Part shown: one piece after another, positions 51,252 through 63,300 of the stretch | Numbering within the stretch: the first letter of the stretch is position 1 | How the letters are laid out: every line of letters starts with the position of its first letter | NCBI GenBank assembly: GCA_002269645.1 | Contig: NIVC01003649.1 | Span: 21,616 to 85,615, forward strand | DNA: 64,000 nt | Origin: Macrostomum lignano | Taxonomy: Eukaryota | Direction: 5' to 3' | Position numbers and translations under genes: made by a program | Notes under the pieces: model-generated | Told to the model about the DNA's origin: nothing | Databases searched by the model: none | What the model saw: only the letters and a program-made list of their open reading frames with translations

Positions 51252-52898
51252 TTATTCGTTGGTTCTAGCTACCATGCTCAAGGGCACCATGCTCAGCCTC
51301 ATGTTTCCAGGAGCGTTCATCTGCACAACGTTGAAGCACCAGTTAGACAAGTTCCACGCCGGCCGGGGCTCCTGTTCGTCTCTGGAGATGGCTTCGATCT
51401 TCTTCTGATAAGTAGTCGTGCATAGCGAGACGCTCAGGCTCTCGAACCGGAAGAACAACAGCGTAGCTCGTCTGATTTCAAAGTAGAACTGGAACTCAGC
51501 CGACTGCTGCGAGAGCAAATTGCCAGCTATGCTAGTCTTTGGCTTGACCTTGTAGGTTGTCTGCTGAAACTGATCGCGCAGCTTGGTGTAGATGTCCTTG
51601 ATAATTTCAGTCGCGAGGTTCACGTGGTAGAAATCGCTGCCAACAGCGAGGTACTGAACATCAGCTAGGACGCGGTTGATGCCTGCAGGATGTTTCCAGA
51701 AGCTGAATTTGTTTTCACGCACCTTCGGGTGCGGATCGACACCCTCAAGATCTGACTGATTGGACGTGTTTGCGTTCAAGTCACTCTGACGCGGTGTGAC
51801 GTTGCTCTGCAAAAACACATCCCAGGGTAGGTTGTGCACAATCATGCTCAGCAGAGTATAGAATGCGGACTCGATGTCCTGCATCGGGTTTGGATACGTG
51901 CCACGGAGGCGATACTGTGAAGTGAATCTAGGATTCCCGCCAAGAAGGACATCGGCCATTTTTCTTTCCTTGGAGTCGGTTATCATTGCTTTACCAAAGT
52001 TGGCTAGATATACCACGTTAAACGAGCTGGAACGGCCAAAGTAAGTGTTCCTCGGCTCCACAGCGTTGTGCACAACGCCAAACTTGTGCAGCTGAAGGCA
52101 GCGGCAGATAATTTGATCGAAAATTTTGAACGCCGTGTCCAGATCAAAAGTGCAAGTCTTTCGTCGTGTGCGAACCATCAGTTCCAACAAATAATGCACG
52201 TTGGGCCCCAGTTTCTCCATGGTCATGTAGGCCATTGTAGATCTGAACTCGGATTTCCATGGCATCAAGCAGCCATAAGGATCCACAAACTTCTGCTGGT
52301 GCTCTTCATTCGGCTCATAGTTGAACACGGAGTTTGGCACATCGGTGTAGTCAAAGACCATCGGTATCCCCGTCATCTCGTCAAGGTCAATGAGCTCGCG
52401 TACGTAGCTCTCCCAAATATGCTTTAAAATGCTGTATTCCCGAAGCAGCAACCGAGAGCTAGTCAAGTTCTCGCTTGTATGATCTAGAGCCTCAACTTTG
52501 ATTATTATCGACAGAGCGACGTCCCAAGGTCGGTTTTTCGACAATGGTTGGTTCGGCTTGTCCAATGTTCGGGTGTAAGCTGAAATCTTCTTTTCGAAAT
52601 TCGGATGGGCCGTGAACTTGTACGTGTCATAGTTGACCATCTGATCCGGGGCGCATCGAGTCAGAGCATCGATTATGACCATGCGCTTGCTGTAGTGCGA
52701 ATAGACGTGCAAGTCTTCTGAATTAGTGTATAAGAACGTTTGCGTGAAGTCCTTCGAGTTGACGAGAATTCCCAGAATGATGGCCGCCCTAGTCTGCAGC
52801 TGTTCCATCTCCTTCTGGGTCTCAAATCTGTTCTCGGTCTCCTGAAGGTCCGTATCCTTCAGCAGCTCCTCCGTAATCAATGACGAGAATCGATCCAT
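51252..52898 (-). CDS. CK1/TTBK-family protein kinase-like protein, predicted pseudokinase, intronless (548 aa)
   Basis: IIIKVE (beta3 Lys), LLREYSILK (alphaC Glu), GIPMV, YMTMEKLGP, TFDLDTAFKI, VVHNAVEPRN, VYLANFGKA, GNPRFTS, DIESAFYTLLSMIVHNLPW follow the CK1 subdomain order. Confidence 0.85.
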   Translation of the reverse strand: MDRFSSLITEELLKDTDLQETENRFETQKEMEQLQTRAAIILGILVNSKDFTQTFLYTNSEDLHVYSHYSKRMVIIDALTRCAPDQMVNYDTYKFTAHPNFEKKISAYTRTLDKPNQPLSKNRPWDVALSIIIKVEALDHTSENLTSSRLLLREYSILKHIWESYVRELIDLDEMTGIPMVFDYTDVPNSVFNYEPNEEHQQKFVDPYGCLMPWKSEFRSTMAYMTMEKLGPNVHYLLELMVRTRRKTCTFDLDTAFKIFDQIICRCLQLHKFGVVHNAVEPRNTYFGRSSSFNVVYLANFGKAMITDSKERKMADVLLGGNPRFTSQYRLRGTYPNPMQDIESAFYTLLSMIVHNLPWDVFLQSNVTPRQSDLNANTSNQSDLEGVDPHPKVRENKFSFWKHPAGINRVLADVQYLAVGSDFYHVNLATEIIKDIYTKLRDQFQQTTYKVKPKTSIAGNLLSQQSAEFQFYFEIRRATLLFFRFESLSVSLCTTTYQKKIEAISRDEQEPRPAWNLSNWCFNVVQMNAPGNMRLSMVPLSMVARTNE

Positions 52899-54420
52899 CT
52901 CGTGGGTTTTTTATCGATCGGCGGTGCTTTCCGGCTCAGAAGTTGTAGAATGTATCAGACCTAGACACGCATTCATACGCAAAATCAACTCGTTAAGCTG
53001 TCACTTTTAGGAGGGTACGACCAAAATAATGGGCTTCGCATATTGAAACGATTTTGACGCGGTTCGCTGGCTGTATAAAATGCATTCGTGTAGTCTATGG
53101 CTAAAAGCACACAGGTAGCAGGAGGACGCTGGAGGACGAAAAATATATACACTGTCACGCGTGGTCCTATAAGTTCAAAGTAATTATATTGTTATTATTA
53201 GAATATAGTGAAAAGATTTACAGATGATTTGACTGCAGCGCGCTTGTATTATAAGATTTAATCGGCTAAAAGAAATAAGCCAATAATTCCATATGAAAGC
53301 TGCAGGATGTCGATATGAAAATACTAAAGCTATTTAAAAATCACTACAAGCGCGTCATTGTCACAAAGCACAAACGCCTCAAAGCCTCAAAGCCAAAGAT
53401 GGCAAGTTTACATATTCTTAAAGTGGTAACATTCACACAGGTATGATTATATAAGTAAGAGCCCCTATGCATGTTCTTCTCTTCACCTTACTACCTTAAT
53501 AAAATATTTTCAACATTTTTTATTTTAATAAGACTAAACAAGATCAAATTGTAAATAAGATGCCAATTACAATTTTTAACGGTTAAAGTACGCAACAAAA
53601 AAAACAAAAACATTTCGTTATTCTAAAAAAGCTTCTGCCGCCAGGACACGCAATGGATGAGGATTTATAATAATTTTTATTTAAAGACAGTATGATATAT
53701 CATGCTGCTTTGATAGAATCTTATGGGACTATGATATCAAAATGAGTTTCAAGTTTAACTTAAATTGTGCTAAGGATCGCGCGCCGATCTCCGAGACCTC
53801 ATCTGAGATTTTAATATGAAGTGAATCTTTCGCTTTCTACAACGAATTTTTAATTTCTTGTGAGTCATTTTCTCAAAGCTTACATATATTTTCATTTAAC
53901 TTACTCAATCTTAAAATTCCAGAATAAAACAATCCAATTTAAAATCAAAGTGATCTAAAAAACTAAACTTTTTTATTTATATCCACTGCTCCCGTAAACA
54001 CTACCATTTTTGTAGCTTTTCTTAGCTTTAAATAGTTGATTGTTGAAACAATTTTAGTGATAGGGAATAAGAATTTCTTTTCAACGTAAGTTGTGCAGTT
54101 CAATTTCTACACTAGCTAGGATATAAAATTATAATATAATGTATCAAAACTGTTGATACCATTTCCATGATATTATTTTATTGTAACAAATAATAACTAA
54201 AATAATTGTACATTTAAAAACATACCCGTATTACAAATATTTAAGATATAGAAAAATGGATCCATTCAACTTTAAAATACCTCTATTTCAATCATAAAGA
54301 GCAGTCATTCGTTTCACATCATTGAATGCGACATTGATTTCAAACAAATAATTAATTTCAACCCGCCCTTCACACTTCTGCTTTTTTATGCTTGTTTTTT
54401 CAGCAAAAAATAGTTTTGCA

Positions 54421-54993
54421 ATGGGCCTCGATCAAAGACCGAATTTCGCTGGCAGCCTCCTGCTCACGGTGGAATTCTATCACACCATCAGCCACCTGTT
54501 CATTCTGTTCCGCTTCCGCCTGCTGCCCAGGCGAGATCTCGTTCGAGTGCGAGCGTACTTTCTAGCCGACACCCTCACGGTGTTCCTCGCCTGGCTATAC
54601 ATCGGCCGAGTGTACTGGTGGCAGGACCTGTACACCGCGGCACAGGTGGCTCAACACCTGTACTACTTCACCACCTGGGAGAGCGGCTTCTTTGCCAGAC
54701 GCGTGGTGTCCTGGAGCTCGTTGGATTGGCAAAAGTCTGGTGAACAGCGTAGAAAGTTTGCTTGGTTCGAAATTCTTGGCACGTCGTTCGATATCGCTGT
54801 GCACCTGACCAACGCTTTCCTGCTGGTGCAGCTGGTCACCTCGGTGGAGGTCATCCTGTGCCTGGCGCTCACCCAGTGCATGGTGCTACTGGTGCTGTTC
54901 AACCCCATGCTGGCCTGGGCCTCGCCAGCCTGCATTCCGGACTGGGTGCGGCGGCGGCTGGCTCCCATTCCGAACAGCGCCCCGGCTAATTGA
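54421..54993 (+). CDS. Uncharacterised multi-pass membrane protein (190 aa), intronless
   Basis: Clean ORF with host-like GC3 codon use in AT-rich surroundings; 4-5 hydrophobic segments; acceptor TTTTTTCAG 17 nt upstream favours ATG 54421 over 54388. Confidence 0.8.
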   Translation: MGLDQRPNFAGSLLLTVEFYHTISHLFILFRFRLLPRRDLVRVRAYFLADTLTVFLAWLYIGRVYWWQDLYTAAQVAQHLYYFTTWESGFFARRVVSWSSLDWQKSGEQRRKFAWFEILGTSFDIAVHLTNAFLLVQLVTSVEVILCLALTQCMVLLVLFNPMLAWASPACIPDWVRRRLAPIPNSAPAN

Positions 54994-55151
54994 CTGGCCA
55001 AGGACTACTCTATAGACTTTGAGATCTGCAGAGCGACGCGGTGTGAAACTTTATATTGACCAATTGAGGTCATTTTTTGCTATTAAAGTATACATGTAGC
55101 TCACATGAGGGCTTTAACTAGCTCAAAAGTTCATAGAAGCTTAGTGTATGT

Positions 55152-55255
55152 CAGGGGTCGGCAAAGTCCGGCCGACATGTGGCCTCCGAAGCCTCTCTAT
55201 CCGGCCCTCCTTTGAAACTTCACAATAGCAGTCCGGCCCGATCAAGGTTGTGACT
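55152..55255 (+). mobile_element. hAT (Charlie-like) non-autonomous element end
   Basis: CAGGGGTCGGCAAA terminus followed by CGGCC subterminal motifs. Confidence 0.55.
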
Positions 55256-56904
55256 CTTTTCAGCTCTCTTTTATTTTTCTCCTCTCCTCTCTCATCTCCT
55301 CTCTATCCCCTTATCTCCCTTCCCCTCTTTAATCTCGCCTCTCTCCTCTCTCCCCTCCTCTCCACTCTCCTTTCTCATCTGCCGTCTCTCTTCTCCTCTC
55401 CTGACCTACCGTCTTGCGCTGTATAGATTCTATATTGCGCCCTTGAGTTGAGTTGAGTTCAGTTCAGTTGAGTCGTCATTCTGTGATAGTTGTTGTTTTA
55501 CAAGGTTATGAGCTTTATGAAATTCATTTCGTTTCTTTAAAAAGTAATTAAAGTGCAGCAATTTTCATTTGTGGCGCTGTTCTGCCTGTCAAAGTACTTT
55601 ATTAATTTTTTATTGTTTTCTTTTACATGTACTCATGCAACTTTTTGCTCTTACGCTCGTTCAAAAAGCAAATTAGAAATGCCTGCTCAATGAACTAAAT
55701 TTCCTGTTTCCAACCGAACAGAATCTACCAACAAAACGCAAAACAGCCACGCAAAACAGATAGCTAAGGCCAGTTGAACCAGTCTGTGCCATGCAGGCGG
55801 ACTCGAGCACTAGAGTTTGAGTTCGAAAAAGCCTTCGCCCCTCCCCCCTCTACTAGAGCAAGTCTCTCTCTATGCTTCAGAACTGCGCTATCGGCACACC
55901 CCTTTTTGTTGGTTCGCCATTCCTTGGCTCTGCGTCTGACCATGGAGTCTCTGGGCTAGGGATCTGGTGCGGGAATGATTTGATCTATGTCTGCATCGAT
56001 TTGGAATGAAAATTCATTTCGATCTGATAGTTAATTGCGAACCTGTTGCAGTGGTAATATACCCTGTTCTAGTATACCTGTACTCGTGTGACAACACTTA
56101 TGAAACAGCAAGCGGTTTGACTCTCCTCTCCAGATTCTGAGGCTTCTAGAACTCCAGGTACAGTATACCGAGCCGCTGCATTAGCTAGGCTGACCCGAGC
56201 TGCATCAAAGTCTTGAGCAATAGGCTGTGTTTACTTGAGTCACTCAGAAGCGGGTAGAGTGGCTTTCATTTTATGAGCATTAAGTCTTAGAGTCTCGTAC
56301 GTCTCAACTTTCGCAGAATTGAAGCATCTGAAAGCTTTTAGACAGCTTGGTGTCAAAAAATCGAATTTAGGGATTCTCTTTGTTTTCTGCCCAGATTTTT
56401 GCTCTTATAGCAACGCGTTTAATGATTTGTTTAGAATCATGTCTGTGTACATACATACTCATAATTCCATAGAGTGGCGAATTAAGATCACTTAACGCAA
56501 TCCATATGTAATTTAATCATTTTTCGATTCACACTTCTGCGTTAAAGCACTTGCTTCACTTGCTTTATAATACTTCAATATATTTTCGTTCCACTTGGAA
56601 TTCAAAGCCTACGAGCTACTTCAAGTAGTAGAATGTGATTCTGTGCTTAACTTAATTGCCTTCTACAGTTTTTGGACTTTTAGAGTTTCTAGCTACAAGC
56701 GAACTTGCAGGTACGCTCGTAAACCTATTCCTATAATATAAGATTCAATCCATAGACTCAATCGGACTCAGCGATCCATGGCTCCACAAGCGGGCGCCCC
56801 CACCCGAGTGCTTCGAGTGTCTCTGCGCGTGATGCGTCTTTGCTGCTGCTGTTGCTGCTGCTCCCGCGGTTCCTGGTCAGTCTGCTGCTGCTGAATCTGC
56901 TGCT

Positions 56905-59288
56905 TCAGCTGTTGCTTAAAGGTGTACTGCCCGAGTTCACGACAACGCAGTCCTGTCGGCTGGCTCCACCGCTGCCGCCGACGCCGCCGACGCCGCCGAT
57001 GCCGCCAACGCAGCCCACGCTGACGATACGGGGCAGCTGGGGCGGAGGGGATCGCGACGACTCTGCCGATCCGCTGCCCTCCTGCCATTCGAAGCTCAGG
57101 CGGCAGGCGTGAATCGCTTTGGTAATGCGCAACGTCAGCCCGACAATCAGTCGGTGCAGGTGGGCTCGCTGGACGGGGTTCAAGAAGGCGTAGACGCCCG
57201 TATTCAGCGTTGCCGAGCTGTATCCAAACAGGCGAAGGAATTCGCGCAGCGGGTCGCTGGCCGTCGAGACCAGGTTGGCGACTGAGAACGGCACCCAGCT
57301 GGCTAAAAACACGGCCGTGGTGAGGCCCACCGTCAGGTTCAGGCGTAAATTTCGAGCTCGTCTGCCGGTAAAAATCACCTTGCTGTTGTTGTCATTGCCA
57401 TTGTTATTGTTGCTGCTTGTTGCTGGCCCCAATGATGGCGCTGCGGCGACTGAGATGCAGTAGCAGAGCGGTGTAGCAGATCTGCACCACCACTATTGGC
57501 AGCCAGACGTAGGCCACTTGTACGTAGATTTGAAACGCAAGCTCCCTGCGCAAGAGAGGGGTTCGAATTAATTATGCCCATTGCAGATAGAGCCTTGTTC
57601 TAGAGTTGCTTAGCTTGTCAGTTAATTCACATTCGAGGACGCAAGCAGTCATGCTACGCATGTTCCAGAGGGTGTACGGGGGTTGTAGTGTCGGACTCAC
57701 GACTTGAAGGTCGCAGGTTCGATTTCTGAATCCCACTGGAACGATTTGAGCAAGACACTTAACTCTGCATTGCTTCAGTTCAACCAGCTGTAAAATTGGG
57801 GCCAGCATTATCTGGGGTAATTGAGGGTGTGTGTGTGGCGACCCAACAGTCCTTGGACTGAACAGCCGTACGCAGCCTTCAGATGCGCCGCGCAATAGCT
57901 GCGGCTGAGCTATCGGTTGCACATCTGTCCATTAGGGCAGGTGTAATCAATTATTATTATTATTCCTGAATTTCCTATCGTAAGGCAATTGTACCTTCTA
58001 GGATACACTGCGTTGCGGGCGATTGGCCCTCATGGGCTCACGTAAATTTAACAATAAGCGCCAGACCAATTTTTAATTTCTCCAGCTCCAATTTTATGTA
58101 CAAGGCGCGAGAGTTAGGCATCCACCATAAGAAATCCCCGTTGCTAGGCGTCAGAAACTTACCTGGAGGATTGGTCGCTGGTTCGGGCCCACAGCAAGCC
58201 GCACTGGTAAGTCACGTCGAATGTGTCATTGCTGGCCACTGGTTCAATCCGGTGCCATCGAGTGCCCGTCACCACCAGCTGGGGAAGCGCCAACACCAGC
58301 GCTAGCGCGATGCTGCTGATAACATTGATGAGCATCAGCACTGATGGGTGGTGGGCGGCCAGGCCTAGCGGGAACACGGCCACTATCAACCTGCGGAAGA
58401 CGCATTGTCAGTGTTAAAATGAATCTTCTAGCGCCTCGTATGTCGAGGCCAGATATTAAATCTGGAGTCGGCGAAACATTTTTACCCCAAGGGCCAGATA
58501 GAGAATCTAGTTCAAGGTTGCGGGCCAGGGGAGAGAGAAAAGGAGAGAGAACAGAAGATGAGAGATGATTATTAGGGATGAGAGATGAGAGAAAAGGCGA
58601 GAGATGGGATGATAAAAGAGGGAGAGGGGAGAAGAGGGACGAGCGGGGAGTGGAGAGAGGAGACAGAAAAGACGAGAGAGAAGAGGAGAGAAAAGAGGAG
58701 AGAAAAGAAGAGAGGGAGAGTTGGTTGAAAAGAGAAACCAATCTTGAGCGGGCCTATCCAGCTGTATTAAATGCTAGGGATACGGTTTTCATTTCAATCT
58801 AGCCTTCATTTGGGACCACATGACCTTATTTACACTTCTCACCTTTCGATGCTCAGGCCAACCAGGAACAGCACGTGAGCGCCGTAGACCACAGCAGGAA
58901 TGTAATGAAATGCCTTGCAACTGGCCGATGCAAAGTCGGCATCAATATTAAAATCGTCACCAATAACGATCCGGTCGACGGCCCAGTTGTCATAGTGCAG
59001 GTAGTTGACCAGCTGCATGGGCAGGTTCACCAGCAGGAACGCCAGGTCGAAGCCGGCTACTCCGTAGTGAATGTAGACGCCGCCATTGCCAATGCCACCG
59101 CCCGTTGGTGAACGACGCATCAGTCTGGCATGGGAGCAGGCGGTGACTAGGAGGGTGACGTTAGCCAGCACTCCCAGTAGCCCGACCCCGGTGTACAGTC
59201 CGACGAGAACCGAACGGTAGTCGGTGTCGCCGCTACTTTCGTTTGTAGCGCTTGAAAATGGTGCAGTTAGGGACAAATTGGTGGCCAT
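56905..59288 (-). CDS. Orphan class A (rhodopsin-like) GPCR; exons 59288-58843, 58390-58163, 57545-56905; +1 frameshift at 57427-57430
   Basis: N-glycosylation sites NLS and NES; TM1 GVLANV; TM2 FDLAFL; CKAFHY...SIER|LIVAVFPL; TM4 LALPQL; ECL2 Cys; TM5 WLPIVVVQICY; TM6 FLASWVPF; TM7 LNTGVYAFLN. Confidence 0.88.
57678..57963 (+). mobile_element. tRNA-derived SINE, family B (CORE-like central domain), in GPCR intron 2
   Basis: B box GGTTCGATT; GAGCAAGACACTTAAC...CTTCAGTT...CTGTAAAATTGGGG; (ATT)n tail; inverted homologue at 60659-60965. Confidence 0.85.
58462..58770 (+). mobile_element. hAT/MER58-like non-autonomous fragment with GA-rich interior, in GPCR intron 1
   Basis: GGAGTCGGCGAAACATTTTT...AAGGGCCAGATAG...GTTGCGGGCC resembles the Charlie-type MITE 5' end. 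Confidence 0.5.
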
Positions 59289-60326
59289 GTTTCTCAGCAG
59301 CTGAGTCCGGGCAGTTCTTGAGAGTAGGATGTCCTTTGCTGATGTAAGGCTCTTGTTTGAGTCCTTAGTATATTTTATATCTGGATAATCTTGGTGGCAT
59401 TGAGGCATCGCACCATGTTTAGGAAACAAGTTTTTATCAATGGCCTGAGATATGGCAGTCTCAATCTGAGATTGAAAAACCCGATTGGTTTTTTTAATTT
59501 ACGACCGGTAGTTTACTGACGATGTGAGTGCAGTGTAAATACACGAACTCTATTGCCGCCGATGCTTAGATAAGACGGCTCACCTGTTCCATGCCATTTG
59601 AGCTCATATTCTGGCGGTGTCATACGCGGCATCTCAGGCAATACCCGTATTTAATACCCGTCTGGCCAGCGCAGGATCAAAAAACAACTCCATGTACTCG
59701 TATACACGAATCCCAAACGAATTATGATTTATTTAGCAATCCAAATACAGCAAGAACAGAGACACTACTCGAGAGAGAGGGATCGAGGGAGAGTTACAAG
59801 TTTAATATTTGAAGCAGTGAATCAAGACGAATTCAAATAAGCAAAGGAAATACAATTATTTCTTGGACATTAAAAACTTCACAGCAAAGTTCATTAGCAT
59901 ATATTTTCGACAATAGATGTCGATTGTATTAGTAATAGCAAGTTAAGTAGCTTTCTGACAAAAAAGGCGATTCCGATAATTCATATTCTTCAAAAATCGT
60001 TCAGTTTTAAACTAAAGTTAGTCATTCTTTAAATTTTTTTTTACTGTATTGAATATGATAAAGTAGCAATAAACTTGGCGTCCTGCTCTGTAACCATCTT
60101 GATACGAAGTAAATCGCTTTTTGAGATAGCTTTTGAATTATGTTTTTAATGATCTAGAAAAGATTACCCATTTTTTAATTTGACACGCTATTGTGTGTAC
60201 TTTCAATAACTTCCTGATATTGAAGACCAAGCACAGAAGGCCAAGTTTTACATTTTGTTTTCTTTAGGCATGAGCAATATTACCAATAGGGGGTGGCTTC
60301 GGGTCAAGTATAGAGGTCAATGAAGG

Positions 60327-63300
60327 TCAGTGATAGCTAACAAGTTCTGACATTCCCTGAAATCGCGGATTGATGAACGAACTGGTGTTTGGCTCCCGGA
60401 TCTGCACATATTCAGGCTGCTCTTGAGGCGTAATCTGCTCCTGGGCCGGCACGCTCTCAATGTTGTATTCGAGGCACTGCTCTTCGATATCGTCAATCTT
60501 AGCGCCGCCATGACCGTTAATCTCTGAGGCGGCGAGAGACACCGGGCCGACGTGGCTACCGATCTGCGAGGCCGCATAGATGTCGTACGGGTTGGCCCGA
60601 GCAGCCAGGAAGCGCGGGTCTCTGAAAGAAGTGGTTGGGCTAATTTTGTATAAGGCCTAATAATCATAAAATAATAATTGAATCCACCTGCCCCAATGGG
60701 CAGATTTGCTACCGACGGCTCAGCCGCAGCTATTGCGCGGCGCATCTGAAGGCTGCGTACGGCTGTTCAGTCCAAGGACTGGGGGTCGCCACACACCCTT
60801 AATTACCCCAGCTAATGCTGGCACCCATTTTACAGCTGGGTGAACTGAAGCAATGCAGAGTTATATATCTTGCTCAAAAACACAAATTGTTCCAGTGGGA
60901 TCGGGAATCGAACCTCCGACCTTCAATTCGTGATTCCGACGCTCTAACCTTTAGGCCACAACCCCAACATAATACAAGCTAGTCTGGCACGCACTAAACT
61001 TAGTTATAGTCTTCTTCGACCGGTTTAAGGATTTTTTAAAGTTAGTTTGAGGATTTTGATAGAGTTGAGCAGCTATCCGAGAGAAAATTGTCAGAACGCA
61101 ATCAGAAAATACAAAAGTGTTGTTTCCATACTGTATGGTCTAAGGTCTATGTCTAAAGTTTTACCATCTACTGAAAGTCTTTGTAGAAGTAGGATGGGTG
61201 AGAAAAAAAACAGAAATTTCATACCAGTCTACCCTTTATATTTCGCTACCTCACTAAAAGACCTGCATGAGTAAATGCTGGAGTCGGAGCAAATTCATAC
61301 GGCCTCAATGTCTCCCAAGATTCTCACCTTGGCCGTCGCACCAAGCAGTAGACGATCACAATGATGCACATGAGAATGATGAACGCGGCGATTGCGATCA
61401 GGGCGGCCCAGACGTCGGACGCGAAGCCATACTGGTAGAGAATATCCGACGTCTTCTTGAAGGCCAGCTGCCCAGTTGTAACGCCAAATGGAGCGCGGAT
61501 CGTCTCCATGGGAACCACACCGTTAAGCATGTTTCGAATTTTTTCCTTGGCCTCGTTTGTCATGAAGGCGCTGCAGCGGTTTTAATTTTATCAAAATTAC
61601 GTTTAATGTGGGAATAAGAAACTAGCTTTTAATGCAGCCAGGAGTTAGTCAGCTCTGTAATTTAACTCACTTTGTCGGTTCAGCGTCGTCGCGCACGCAA
61701 ATGTCGTAAGTGACCGGATTGACGCACACGAACCAGATATCGGTACTGTAAAAGCGAAAATTAATTTGAAGTTAATTGTTCATGGACGTGAAGTGGTCTA
61801 ATTGCCTTGACCAAGTCACTCTGATATGAAAGGCTCACCCAGTCGGATCGTCCCTAATTGTGCTTCCCTCGAGATACTGCCGAGGATTCACTCGTTCAAT
61901 GAGGACGACTTGGCCAGTTGCAGTTTGAAGTGTCCTAAAAATTATTCAACGAAGGAGTGTCGTTAATAGGCACCGACTTATCCATATCGATAAGTTGATA
62001 AATTAAAATTTGCAAAAAAGCGGATGAACCAACCTGCGAATAGTCTCCAGACTTGGGATGGTGACTTTCGGCTCTTTGTTAGGCCCGGGTACAACCAGAA
62101 TCATGCGATTCTTGTCCTGGATGAGGTTCACGATTAGCTCTGTGCTGGAGGAGAGCCGAACGGGCAGGCCGTTGTCCTGGGCGATCACCCCAAAACGGTA
62201 CTTGATGGTCGAGTTTCTGTTGAAGGTGGCGGCAGTGCGGACAGATCCGTCGGCATCCGACAGCAGGAAGGGCGGATTCGGCGGCGTTGCCGTTGTCCAC
62301 GCGTTAGGCGCGTAGGAGACCTCCGCGTTCCGGCCAAGATCCGCGTCTGTTGCCTGATATGGAAAGAAAAGCGCACTTAAAATTATGCACAGCGTTTCTT
62401 TATAGAAAATAGATGGTTTGTGTCAGGAGAAGCGCCTGACTTACATTGACGGTGATAGCCCGAGTGTTGGCGGGAGCAAACATGTCCACTGCAGCGAAGT
62501 ACTTGTTCTGTGTGCTGGTCCGGTTGGGGTACACCGGATACTTGAACAGCGGTGCATTGTCGTTGGTATCTGACACCATGATGAGGACTTTGACAGTCGG
62601 ATAGGACGTGTAAGCTGAAAGTTTATTCGTTTATAGAAAAAAATTATTCAATCTAAGCCGCTTTCAAGCTTGGACCGTTCCGGGTTAAGAATAAAGTTTA
62701 AATAGATTGAGCTTAAGCTACCGTCAAGGTAGCATTAATACATGGAGGACAGCAGAACATTGTTGTTTAGCTTAGTTTAATACTATTTGCTGTCTATATA
62801 TAGTGTGCATCCATTGTTGTGTCATACAATTAATTATAAATAAACACGGTGTTTTGCCTAAAGATTGGGGAAAATTTATCTTGGGTGTAACAATTATTCT
62901 GGTTAATGATTAGAACTCTCAGCATTCCACGAATCCACCACTAAAACACTGTAGAAGCTCGAGTTGCTTCATGTTTTTATGAAAATATTCTGTATTTTAT
63001 TGTTAATTATGCATTCCAACGAAAAAGACACAATGAAATAATAATATTTGTTGGGTTTTCACTTTCTGGTACTAAACGTCGTAAAAGGAAGCCTTTATTG
63101 CTTACCGGAACCTATAAATTAGAAAGGGGATGCGTCGCTTTGTTAACTTTTGATGAGTATGCGAGCCATAGTTCAGAAGTACGAGCTACATGTATTTGAG
63201 AGAGTGATGCTGACAGCTAGATATAATGTGAATTAGTTTAATTGGCGATTCGTCTTACCCGATGCTGAAGGCATGATAGGCAGAGGAGGATAACAAGGCA

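Noticed and set aside
49458-54993. Bacterial or viral insertion carrying three intron-poor ORFs
   Set aside because: The kinase is eukaryotic CK1-type, spacers are long and AT-rich, orientations alternate, splice signals are present, and no prokaryotic or viral hallmark genes are seen.
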